The notes under the pieces: model-generated
Seen by the model: the letters and a program-made list of their open reading frames with translations, nothing else
The model's database searches: none
Told to the model about the DNA's origin: nothing
DNA from: Octopus sinensis
Lineage: Eukaryota
Direction of reading: 5' to 3'
Length of the DNA: 64,000 nt
NCBI RefSeq assembly: GCF_006345805.1
Contig: NC_042999.1
Span: 89,218,001 to 89,282,000, forward strand
Shown here: positions 51,519 through 64,000 of the stretch, one piece after another
Numbering within the stretch: the first letter of the stretch is position 1
Layout: each line of letters starts with the position of its first letter
Translations under genes and position numbers: made by a program

Positions 51519-54345
51519 GAGATGTAGACCAGTAAATGTCGCCAAAGCTGGTAATCTTTCGCTTCCTATTTTGATCCACAACTGACAATTTAAATCAGAA
51601 CTTCTTTGAACGAAGGAAAACCAGTTTCGGCATTCTTTGCTCTACTCTAATCCATTAATGGCTCACTGGCGCCGTCCAGTGAAAGCTGGCGTCACAAGAA
51701 CTACCAAGTGCGACAACGCATTGGCCAACAGGGAGTAGAAAAGTCTCGTTCTAGCGAAAAGATGCTGCATAAGTGGCCGAAATCTAATTCCCCCTCCCCT
51801 TACATTACTTTCCATGCTATCACATCTGCAGACACCTTGACTAACTAGCATAATTATACATTTCTCATTTCCCTCATCACCTGTATCAAAGATTGAAATC
51901 CTTTCCTAGATAGTTCGCCTCCCAAACTTCAAAATTCATCTAAATACGCACTGAATGATCTCCCAAGAGTTATTTGCAAATGATTTTTAAATTGGGCGTC
52001 ATCCTGTTGTTAAAGCTTAATTAGGAATGTTCACCTGCAAATAAAACCTTATGGAAAAGACGAGACACAAAACTGTTTCTCGAATCCCCTCCGCAGTTTT
52101 TCCTTTCCTCTTCCTTTCTCTTTCCATCTCATCTTCTTTGTTGTCAAGATTTTTGGCTCCCACTAATATCAATAACACGTTCCTATCCTTAGGTAGATGT
52201 ATGGCTGAGAGGCGTATTGCCAGATATTTTATACAGGGGCTGATATCGAATGCACCGACTATCCACGATATATAACATCCATTCTAGGCACGATGTAAAT
52301 TTCTTTCTTGTCGCCATAAACAACATAAACATTATTGTATTGTCTAGTAAACCAAGACAATAAATTCAGCCATGAAATTCTTCTTAGATCCCAATTTAAT
52401 TAACCTACACAAACATTTATCATTGTCAGACGTAATAACCAAGCAAATTAGGTGCCAGCTCATGTTTGTATAAAAAGACCGGTTAACTTTATGGATTACG
52501 TGTCATGGGTTCGAATTAAGCGCAGTTTAATCCGAATGAATTTTAGCCTTTAAATTCATTTGACTGCGCTTAATTAGCAGAAAGTCGAAACCAGTCACTT
52601 TGGTAAAGTGATCTGCAAAAGGTTAGCACTCCTATCATATGAATGTTTCGTTTATAATGATTGTCGCTAAAATAACTTCTTTCATGAAGCATTTTATTGT
52701 TGTTGTTGGTGTTGTTTATCTTTGGGATAGCCCTGGTATAGCAGATCTCTGATCAAAGGTACACATACTTGACCAATCTGAAACGTCTTATTTTTAAGAC
52801 TAAGTTCTGAAGAAAATTCGGCTGTAATTTTTAGCAGGTCAGCATAGAAGTCAGTTTCAAAGACAATGTAATATTTCCCGTGCAATTAGTTCCTGTGTAG
52901 TTCCTCTTGGCTCCTAAATGTTAGGCTAATGGAAGATGGCAATCTTTGCATGGTTTTACTGGTTTCAGTCACTACATCGTTTTCCTCTATAATTTTAGTG
53001 CCCTGACTCATGGTGCGTTCAGCATTGTTTTCCAAGAGACACGACGCAGTGGTTCGATTCATACTGTTACCACCTCTTTGTTTTCTTCTTTTTTTTTGTA
53101 TTTGATGTGTTGTTATTCAACAAAATTATTTTCCATAGACAAGGAATTTTAGAACAGCTGATGTTACACAGTTGTAGTTAATGACTGAATATTGGATCGA
53201 ACAAGATTGTATTTCTTTCCCCGTTGCAGTTTATTTTTTTGTTCCTTATAGTGGATATTTTATTGTTTGAAATGGCTATGGGCAAGTACTCAGTCGTATT
53301 GCTTCGTCGAAGGGTAGACCGCTTATACGTTTGATTTTTGTAGTAGATATATGTTTAATAAGAATTAGAAGCTATTTATTCTACTATACATAGAGGTTGG
53401 TTCTTAATTACATTACATGCTGTCCATGCGAACCTGGATTTAGGCTTATAGTTGTTTTCAAACATTGACATATTATCGATAAATAGAGACTATTATTTGT
53501 TTCATAAGTGTGATAGCCTCTCTAATTTCTGCTCCTTCATAGTTATTCATAAAAAACATCGAATGCTTCTATGTTCAACAGATTAACACGGAACCAACAG
53601 AAGATATAACGAAGTGCTTTGAGCAGTCATTAGCTTTTCAGATGCGTGGTATAGACAACAAATGACTATGTTGTTATCGCAATAGTAATTATTGCTCGGT
53701 AACGGTTATCGCTATGACTGATTTAGTTTCGATCGAAGATCTTTAGATAAAGTTCTTTTTTGCTTATTATAACTGTTCATATTTTTTCGTTAGTTCGTAA
53801 AAAGGATGAGTTTTTCCACTTACACTGAAGTCTAAATTTTCGCCATACAAAGCATGAATGGACTCTTGGTTAGTGAAGTTATGTACCCTATCTCGATCAA
53901 TTAATTTTGTTCCCGTTCTATATAATTCTCATTGCATTCTGAGCATGAAATCTAGTAATGTAAATTATTCGTTTTGTAATTTTGAAATTCATAACTACAA
54001 TAATTTTGAATTTCTTTTCCACTCATGATTTAAAAAAAATTTTCCCTGCTAAATCAAACCAATCATCTCACAATGAAGGCTTCCACATTTCGTTGCTAGC
54101 ATAACTTCTTAATATAATACAAGACTGGCTTTTGTCAAGTCTTTTATAACTGGGTAGTTGTGTCAGATTGTTAATTTTGAGCCCATATGCTATACGTTTT
54201 ATTTCATTTTATAAAAGATATCATAGTGATAAATTTATTACTTTCACATCATTTGGTTCAGTATTTCCTAAAACCAAAGAATCATTATTTACATTATTTA
54301 CATTTGACGGTTTTTTGTCCTCATCCTGTTTTGATTACGCGCTTT

Positions 54346-55004
54346 GATACTCAGTCTCAAACTATCCAGGAGATTCAGCAGCCTTTGGCGATGATGCCAT
54401 GGGCAAAACTCAGATCAAAGAATGATACAACTGCACCAAACATGACTGCACTTCAGTGGAGAACGAGGCATGTGCAGGTAAGCAATCCACAAGCCGAAAC
54501 GAGAAGCCGATTGAGACGGTCCGGTGAATAGTCATGGAAGACCGTGCTGTAGTAACCCAGCAAATTATTCACGAAGTGGTAATAAGCACAGGATTAGTGC
54601 ATTCTATTTTAACGGAAGATTTGTGCATGCGGAGAGTTTTGAAAAATTTACTCGGATACTTTTTTGAACGTTCCTTGCAATCCAAGCTTTCCTGGTGAAG
54701 CACAACACATCACTTGTTCGACAGGCACCCTACTCTCCCGACTTCTGGCTTATCCCCAAACTGAAAACTACGCTGAAAGGGAAGCGATTCGAGTCGTGAG
54801 ATGAAATTTTGAGAAAAGCGACTGCGGAGCTCCACAGCATTAGAGAGAAGACATCCCAAAAGTGTTACCAGCAGTAGCAGAAGGACTGGGAGAAGTGTAT
54901 GAACCCCACAGGCAAGTATTTTGAAGGTGATTCAATAAAATTTGTAAAATGTACAAAATCGTGTTTTTATGCCTAAAGATCGGGTGCCTTTTGAATGCAC
55001 CTCG
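54346..55004 (+). pseudogene. mariner transposase deletion derivative(s) with right TIR
   Basis: FGDDAMGKTQIKE*YN, VMEDR...HSILTEDLCMRRV, RQAPYSPD...PKLKTTLKG, YFEGD; TIR TTTTGAATGCACCTCG. Confidence 0.85.
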
Positions 55005-55459
55005 TTACACGTTGAATGCACCTAGTTACACGTTGAGTTTTGAGACACTTTTTAATGCAATACAATCAGTGACTACATAAACAAACAGAAAAGAATCCAT
55101 ACAATGCATATATATTTTGCAATCTCCGGTGAAAATGACGTATCAGTATTCATTTTTGATGAACGATCTGCAAAACTGATTTATTTCTAGTGATCAAATT
55201 ACATTAGCGCACTCCCTCCATCAAATCACGTCTACAGGTGCACACGTGTGTCACACGTCAGATGTCGAAGTAATCGCAGAGCAATGTGAAAATAAAGCGC
55301 TTTGCTCAAGAACACAATTCACCGTCCGGTCCGGGATTCGAACATACAATCTAGCCATTGTGAGTGTAACACTCTAACCGCTAAACCACGAAGCTACACA
55401 CATATATATATATATATGTGTGTGGGGGGGTGTATGCGTGTGTTTTGATCCTTTACTAA

Positions 55460-56045
55460 TGAGAGACCTGGACCTTATAAGGCATCATGTAAGGGTCCTT
55501 GAGCGCTTCCATCAGAGATGTCTGAGACACATTCTGAACGTTGGCTGATCCTTGTCGACTTCAGAAACAGAGCTCTTAAGGGGATCCGGAATCCTGAGCA
55601 TTCAGGCGGTGTTGCACAAGCACCGTTTATGTTGGACAGGACACCTTGTTCGGATCAGTGATCAGAGAATTCCTAAGCAGATGCTATATGGCGGAAAGCG
55701 CCCTCAGCAGAATCCAAAACTACGATTTAAGTATTGTTTAAGGTCCTTATTGAATGCATGCGAAATAAGGGAGGTCATTTGAGAATGCTTGTCTTCGCCA
55801 TCAAAGAAGGAAATAAGTAAAGGACAGAGTTGCTACTTTCGAAAAAGAAGCATTTTTCACGCATAACTTACACAAGCTGCTTGAAAACGCACCGCCTATG
55901 TAGTAAATGGGGGAAGCATAATATGCCAAATATGCAGACGTGTATGTTTATCAAGAGCTGGGCTCATTGGTCACCAGTGGAGCCACAAATGTAAAGCATA
56001 AATTTTTATGAGTACGCAATGATATAATTCGTGACACAGTTCCAT
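55460..56045 (+). pseudogene. RTE-clade LINE 3' relic with C-terminal C2H2-like motif
   Basis: ERFHQRCLRHIL...HRLCWTGHLVRISDQRIPKQMLYG...CQICRRVCLSRAGLIGHQWSH. Confidence 0.85.
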
Positions 56046-56319
56046 ATACTATACACTTTTGAAAATCTAATGCCAAACCAATCAAGTGTACTTCTTTATT
56101 TTAAAAGATAATTAAATTCTAATTAACACTGATATATTCTCTGTGCATTTTCAACGGATATGAGATAACAGCGCGGATAACTATGCGCTGTTCAGAGACG
56201 GCAGATAAGGAAAAATATGGTGACTGCTCTGCTATTAGAAGATGAAAATTCACATTCATTTTGTGGGTGCTATGAAAAGAGGAAACGAATCCGAGGGGGC
56301 GAATGGGTGAGAGGTTTAT

Positions 56320-56730
56320 CAAGTGTTATAACCCCTGACTCCATAGTATTTCAGATGGCTGTAAGGTCGCAAGAATCTTGTAGTTGAACATATACGCGAG
56401 GTATTGAGGTAGCTTTATGTTTGGAGAGTTAGCATATATGCAGGAGCCTTTTTTGTGTGAAGAGGGCTTGGACTGTTTCCAAAATATTTAAGCCCAATCT
56501 TGGGCGTAGATGTATATGTTTGTTCATTTGCGTTTGGTTTGGCTAAAAACTTAGCTGTGTTTTCAGAATGTGAGGGTAGAAGGGACGAAAATGGAGAACC
56601 TAGTAAATATAGTCATGGTAGCGTTCATAGGTAACTTAATATATATACCTTCTCTCATGTAGGCAAGGGTTGAAAAATCTCGGATACTGCGAATTTTATA
56701 ATCATTCTTTCTCAGCTAGACATAAGCTGG
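56320..56730 (-). pseudogene. Penelope-like element 3' relic
   Basis: SLCLAEKE...FFNPCLHERRY resembles the PLE C-terminal LCL.EK...F..CRH.RKY. Confidence 0.5.
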
Positions 56731-57764
56731 ATTTTCTAATACTCTTAAAATTAAACTTTGGACTTATCTAAGATTTTCCACTGGTTTTCCGTATTGCTTT
56801 CCTTTAACCCCCCAGACATGCCTAATCAAGGCTGTAACATTGCGTCTCAGGCATGTTTGGGACCTGCAACGTTATCTCAATTGTTTTTGTGTTACAATGA
56901 CCGTGAAGAGGACATTTGCTGTTATCTCTACATGAGTATCCTAGTTCGGTCTTAGGTGTGCCCCCAATTATAACATAAAGACAATATTACGAGTGTAACC
57001 AACCGCCAAGAAACAGAGGAATGTCAACCATAAAACTTAAATCAAAGCTGTGGCATGGTCAGTTGTCTTCACTAAAACTACAGAGTGTAAGTGAAAGACT
57101 GGTAAAACCGCAATGTGAACACAACATTCATGGTTGCTTCACACATATAGACATATTTATGTATGAATATATGTATATAAATAAATAAATGTGTATACAT
57201 ATATATATACAAAAATATATACTTATACGTTTGTGTATATGTATGTGTGCGTCTGTGTGTATTTATATATATAAACACGCACATATGCAGACACACACAC
57301 ATCTTATATATATAAAATTTTATATCTTTGTGTGTTTCCCAAAGATTGAAAAACACCTTCATGAGTTTTGTACGAAATCTAATGTCATACGAGAAAGGTC
57401 TGTATCTCGACTTTGGCTCCAACAAGGCGACCTTTCTTTATAGCATGATTGTTTTGTTAATAATTATCACAGATGTTACAATTCTAACTAAATGCAATAG
57501 CTTGTCATTTGTGGAGTCATAAAATGAAAGCAATATAATTAAATATTCTGGTGGCGGAACTAGACAGCTTAACGTTTTTTTAGTATATTATTATATATTA
57601 TACAATTCCGTCGACGCCGTCTTTGACTTTCATTCTTCCGTGGCGGATAAAATAAAGTACCAACCAAGAACCAAGTTGATTTTATCGCGAGTTCTCTCCT
57701 CCAAAATGTGTGCCATTATACCTTAGTTCGATACTGTGTGCGTGTGTGAAAGTCTATGCATTCA

Positions 57765-57802
<38 letters not shown>

Positions 57803-57809
57803 TCTATGC

Positions 57810-57842
<33 letters not shown>

Positions 57843-58671
57843 ATATACACATATGTATATATAAGGATACATACTACATATAATTTCATATTTATATTTA
57901 TTTATCCTTGGCTTCAACAGGGTTAATAATTGTCTAATGACTTATGCATTCTTTTGATCAAAAAAGAATGGTAGAAGAAAAATATAAGAAAGAATTCGAA
58001 GGTTCAACAGAATTTTTTTTTTGTCACTAATTGAATATTTGATATAAGTGCCCTTTATTATCGATGGTTAACCAAGTTCTCTTCTTTATATGTTCTGGTC
58101 ATTAGCAAGTACTGTAGGCTGTACAGCTCATACCGGCAGCACTTTATAACTGCAAATTAAAAATTTCGTTAGCTTTTCATTGCGGTCCACACACTCCTCG
58201 TGAGTTATTTGAAAATTGATATACAAGATCACTACAAGAAGTGAACTTTCCAAGTACTATCCTTATGCCCTACTAAGTAGTGGAGTCACACAGTAACTCA
58301 TATTTCATTTGATAAATTAATCGTGGCACTGAAGAACTACTGAAATACAAGAGAAATATCTTGAAGACTCGGGTAAAAGCTATCCATATCCACTGCAGGC
58401 TTGTTAATGGCCGACGAGACCAATACACCCCGAGGGCACCAACTGCAAGAGAAATTCTATTCGTGTTTCCTTCTGCTCTATCACGATTGTCTCCATTTAT
58501 CCTCTAGGTCAGTTCTCGAAAAGACTATACTGACGAATAGTGTGTCGTATAGAGTCTGAGAAATGACACGTTAATAAAAGCATCGAATCGAATATTTTAT
58601 TTTGTCAGCTTTCAATTATTGTCGGTATACTCTTATTAATGTCTGAGTATTCTTTGGTATAACTACAGCTA

Positions 58672-59405
58672 TCTGCATCCCTACCCGGATTTGGATGATC
58701 ATAACTTTCAGAAAAAGGGATATTTTTTAATGAAATTTTCTATGAATATGTGTTATATCTTGTAGATTTCGAATATTTAGTATTTTTTGGGGAAAGTGTT
58801 TTAGGAGGGAGTGAGCTGGAGGATTTCGGAAAATTCACCGGAGTCCACTTCAATTCGTCTTAACTTTTAAGAAAATGGATATATTTTTTAATGAACTTCT
58901 CTACAAATATACCTCGGACTATGTAGATTCTGAGAACATAGGAATTTGGGGGGAAAACTGTTGGGGGTTATTTTTGAGAACTGTTCCCCACTCGGGGGTG
59001 TTTTGGGACAAGTCGTCCATATTTGTTTCATTTTCTCCGCTTTGTGCATTTGTGCATCCGTAGATTTCTACTGAAGCATCAAACAGGCTATAAAGTCAAA
59101 TAAAACCCTCACCAGAAAACTCGTTATGCTAAAAATAACAGCTAATGGTCTGGTACACAGAAATATGTTAATAAGATGACTTATCTGTTGCATACGATTT
59201 TTTTTCTCTTTAAGTAACTTCCCAGGTAAACGTTTCTAATAGAAAGGCAGAAGACACCAGAAGCAAAAATAAGGAATATACACGCACAGTTAAATATAGA
59301 AGTGTAAAGTATAATTTGTTACATAATCTCTATAATAAACGTGATATTGAATGAAATAATTCCCCATTTGGACTTTTTTAATTACATGTGTGTGTGTGTG
59401 TGTGT

Positions 59406-59474
<69 letters not shown>

Positions 59475-59505
59475 CGCGCGCGCGTGTGTGTGTGTGCGCG
59501 CGTGT

Positions 59506-59557
<52 letters not shown>

Positions 59558-59936
59558 AATCTACGGATGCACAAACGCACAAAACGGAGAAAATGAAACA
59601 AATATGGACTTGTCTCGAAACACCTCAGAGTGGGGAACAGTTCTCAAAATAATTTCCTACTCTTTCCCCACCCAAAATTCCTGTGTCCTCGGAATCTACA
59701 TAGTCCAAGGTATATTTGTAGAGAATTTCATTTAAAAATACCTGTTTTCTTGAAAGTTAAGATGAATTGAAGTGAACTCTGGTGGATTTTCCGAAATTCC
59801 CTCCTAAAACACTTTCCCCATAAAATTTTGTATATTCGAAATCTACATGATATAACACATATTCGTAGAAAATTTCATTAAAAAATATCCATTTTTCTGA
59901 AAGTTATGATCATCCAAATTCGGCAGTGGGGGCAGA
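58672..59936. mobile_element. Large fold-back element, ~390-bp imperfect TIRs
   Basis: 58672-59071 and 59553-59936 are reverse complements with scattered mismatches and a ~13-bp indel; arms contain internal TGTAGATT(T/C) subrepeats. Confidence 0.85.
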
Positions 59937-60086
59937 AATCAATAGTTATGCTTATTCTCTTGTGCCATATTCTTACCAATAACACCCAAAATATTCCCTT
60001 CATTTTGAATTTCTTTTCCACTCAAGAATTTTTTAAATTTTACCCTGCTAAATCAAACCAATCATCTCACAATGAAGGCTTCCACA

Positions 60087-60682
60087 TTTCAGAATGTCCT
60101 GAGTGATCTCCATGTGGAGTTGCATATCTGCTCCGTCAGCACCATGGGTACGAATTTCGCTGGCACTCTCCGCATGAACAAATCCTCAATTAAAATAGAA
60201 TGCACTGATCCTGTACTTATTCCCACTTCGAGAGCAGTTTCCTGGAGAATTCTGAGAATAGTCTTCCATGGCTATTCTCCGAACCTTCTCAGTCGGCTCC
60301 TCGCCTCAGCTGGAGAATGACCTACCTGAGCGTGCCTGGTTCTCCACAGAGATGCTGCCGACCTTTGAAGCGGTTGTACCACTGCTTGATCTGAGTTTTG
60401 CCTATGGTATTACCGTAAAATGCTTGTTGAGTCTTCTGAATATTTGAGCTTGATTTTAGAAAAAAAACTTGGTGCAATATGTCTGCTCGATGCACCCGGT
60501 TACCTTTTGTGAAAACGAAAATCTGAGCTGTGCGCACGTCCGTATTCTAGGCGTAACAGCCGGAAACTGACGCGGCCTACCGTTTTGAAAGTTTTCACAA
60601 GTGCACAAGAAGGGTGGTGTTGCATCTCACCCAAGCATTTTGTCCACGCGGTATTAGTTGGATACTTTTCCAGCGCACCTCG
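60087..60682 (-). pseudogene. mariner 5' half with left TIR; same family as 54346-55004
   Basis: TA|CGAGGTGCGCTGGAAAAGTATCCAA TIR; GKTQIKQWYNRFK and SVHSILIEDLFMRRVPAKFVP. Confidence 0.85.
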
Positions 60683-61340
60683 TATATATCATATATCATA
60701 TATACGTGTGTGTGTATATATATATTTGCTTATTTTTACATTTTTTTTTTGCTGAGATTTTTCTTGAGAAGACATTCTTCGTGGTAATGGCGATTTGACG
60801 TCTATGTTTAGCATATAGGCCGTCCACTTTAGTAGTCAGTCCTCTAAATTTTGTATATATATATATATATATATAATATATATATATATTATATATATAT
60901 ATATATATATACATATATATACATACATATATAAAATATATATGCACACATATATATACAAACATATATACACATACATAAATATACATTCATATACATA
61001 TATATATGCAGACATATATGTACACACACACGCACACACACACACACACATATACATTTATATACATATATACATACATACACTTTTTTTATCATTTATC
61101 TTTTAGTTGTTTCACTCATTAGACCGCGGTCACGCTGGGGCACCGCTTTAATGAATTATTAGGGGAATGAAACGACCCAGTGCTTATATTTTTTGAAAAC
61201 CTGCTACTTATTCTATCGATGCCTTTTGCCGAACCGTTTAGTTATGGAGACGGAAACACACCAACACTGGTTCTCAAGTGGTGCTGGGGATAAACGCAAA
61301 CTCAAAGATACGCGCACACACACACATACATACATATATG

Positions 61341-61422
<82 letters not shown>

Positions 61423-61711
61423 TACACATATATGCATAAGTACATACTCTTGCATATATATATATACAATATTTCTAATTTTGGCATTAGGCCAGCAATT
61501 GTTAAGAGAGGGTGAATTCTATTAGATTGACCGCAGTAGTCCACTGGTATTTTATCGATCCATAAAGGATGATAGGCAAAGCCGACTTCGGCGGAATCTG
61601 AACTCAGAACGTAAAGAGCGATAACATGGGCATACATGTGTATGGGCATACATGTGTATGGGCATACATGTGCATGTATGTTTACATGTGTACGTATGTT
61701 TACATACATAA

Positions 61712-61766
<55 letters not shown>

Positions 61767-62164
61767 TGTAAATATGCATGTGTGCTGTTGTGTATGCGTG
61801 TGAATATATGAATATGCGTGGGTGTGTGCGCGTGCGCGGGCGCGTGTGCGTATGTGGGGAAAGTGAGAGATGCATAGAGAGACCGAGAAATGCATAAGAT
61901 ATGAAAATGTATAAAACGCATATACTTGCACATGCACACACACATACATACACGCACGCAAACACACTCTCTCTTTCTTTTTATCTCTCCCTTTCATTCT
62001 CTCTCTTTCTCTGTCTTTCACTTACCCTCTTTCTCTCTCTTTCTCTGTCACTCACACACACACACATACGTATACGCGTACATATTTCAATTAGGACGCA
62101 TGTTATTGGAATAATCAAATGCAGATTTGCATGCATTGACAAGGTTATCAGAAAGAACTCATAG

Positions 62165-62205
<41 letters not shown>

Positions 62206-62575
62206 TTTGTGTGTGTGTGCTTGTGTTTGTGTGTCTGTGTGTACCTGTTTCCGTTAAACTGTGTCTAACCGTCAATATATGAGTTCCTTTCCGTCGAGGT
62301 CGACTTTGCCTTTCATCCTTTCGGGGTCGATAAATTAAGTACAAGTTGCGTTCGCGGGGTCGATCTAATCGACTGGCCCCTTCCCCAAACATTTCTGGTT
62401 TTGTGCTTAGAGAAGAAAAGAATATATGGGCTCCTTTAAGTTCGTGTATGCAAACACTCTCTACAGGTGTTGAAATCTTAAGATCGAAAAAGTGACATTT
62501 TTTTCGGTCATAAGGCGCGTGTATGTACGTATGAATATGTGTGTATATTAGTACACACACACACACACAAACACA

Positions 62576-62610
<35 letters not shown>

Positions 62611-62701
62611 GCCAGTAGGAATATGTAAATATATCTATGAGAATGTATATCTATGTATGTATAAATGCATACTAATATACACGTGTGTGTATATAAACTC
62701 A

Positions 62702-62737
<36 letters not shown>

Positions 62738-63064
62738 CACATACATTTGTATATATCTATATGAATGTATATTTAAGTATGTATTTATGAATACATATGT
62801 ATATGTGTGTAAACGTAGGTATGTATGGCCTCTATAAGATTCATAATGTTGAAGAAAGACACTCGTTTCATTCATATATGCGTGCGTACTCACACAAACA
62901 AATATATTCGGACGAAATCACATATTCCCTGAAATACATATGCAAGAGACAGACATGCACACATACTGTTGCGCTCGTTTGTTCATACTTACCAATGAAG
63001 CAGAAGCGGCCGCAAGTTTTTCGTCCCCTCACATGAAGAGGGAGAAAGAAGCTAGAAAGAGAGC

Positions 63065-63110
<46 letters not shown>

Positions 63111-63623
63111 CAAGCAGAAACGGAGTCTTAGAAAGAGACAGAGAACGCATGTGAGTGAGAGAGAGAAAGCAGCTGACACGCCCGCAAATACATCTTGACA
63201 GAGCGACTTAAACCAACAGACAGGCCTCAGACGACATTACATTGGCTACAAAGAAATCCTAACAAAGGTTTCAGAGACAGAAAGACGCAAGTATGTTTAC
63301 CTCAGCTTTTGTTACTCACAGACACCGACTGAATGTGAGCGTCCAGGGTTATGATCTCTAGTCAAGACGGCTGCCTCCCCCTGAGACATATGACGACGCT
63401 CTGGCTAATAACTATTGCTGTTGTTATTGTTGTCGTTGTTCACTGTTCGTCGTCATCGTCGTCATTATATTGTAGTTGTCGTCGTTGTCGTTGTCGTTGT
63501 CGTTGTCCTTGTCTTGCTATTATTGTCGTCGATTTCGTGTTGTCGTCGTTGTCGGTCACTAACGATCTTCAATGTCATTATTTTGGGCTTTGCACTTGCT
63601 GTTGTGAAAGTAACAATTTCCTT

Positions 63624-63664
<41 letters not shown>

Positions 63665-63961
63665 GATTGTGTGTGTTTGCATAAAGTAGTTTGATATAGT
63701 CACCTCTACCACTACCACCGACCGATGTGTATGAAGTATGTATTGCATGTACGCTGGTGAATGTGGTTGTTTGTACATCACTTTAACCATGTGTTACTAA
63801 TTACATACAACATTAGTCATCATGTCATTCTCTTGCAGCAAATTCCCGTGTCCTACATTAATATGTAAAGGTTTAAAACATCTATTGCTCGCTTTAGTTG
63901 CAATTTAGATAAGACTATCTCTCTCATTCTCGCTCTCTTTCTCTCTCTCTCTCCCTCTCTC

Positions 63962-63992
<31 letters not shown>

Positions 63993-64000
63993 CACACACA

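Noticed and set aside
58340-58500. Open frame with faint similarity to RTE RT (REILF)
   Set aside because: The catalytic ADD motif is absent and the similarity is too weak.

Overview
Repeat- and microsatellite-rich, AT-rich animal DNA, most likely a coleoid cephalopod (Octopus); this is inferred from the tRNA-derived SINE families and the microsatellite load. I found no intact protein-coding gene. Most long ORFs in the supplied track are microsatellite translations, and several of the rest are decayed retro/transposon fragments. Identifiable content: several SINE families (one complete copy with a 12-bp TSD); decayed LINE fragments (CR1-like, L1/Tx1, RTE, R4/Dong, Penelope GIY-YIG); DNA transposon relics (mariner, Tc1, pogo, hAT); a canonical non-autonomous Helitron; many fold-back/MITE hairpins; an ~830-bp tandem array; and a possible decayed coding region at 31.1-32.4 kb (- strand). 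The most interesting signal is four short elements embedded in (TA)n-type microsatellites. Each carries a minimal type I hammerhead ribozyme fold (9.4, 12.3, 16.1 and 42.3 kb), and two have an intact catalytic core. This points to a set of microsatellite-associated, ribozyme-bearing, Penelope-dependent non-autonomous retroelements. A perfect 155-bp-arm palindrome built from another TA-abutting element lies at 48.3-48.6 kb. Family names come from recalled motifs, not database searches.
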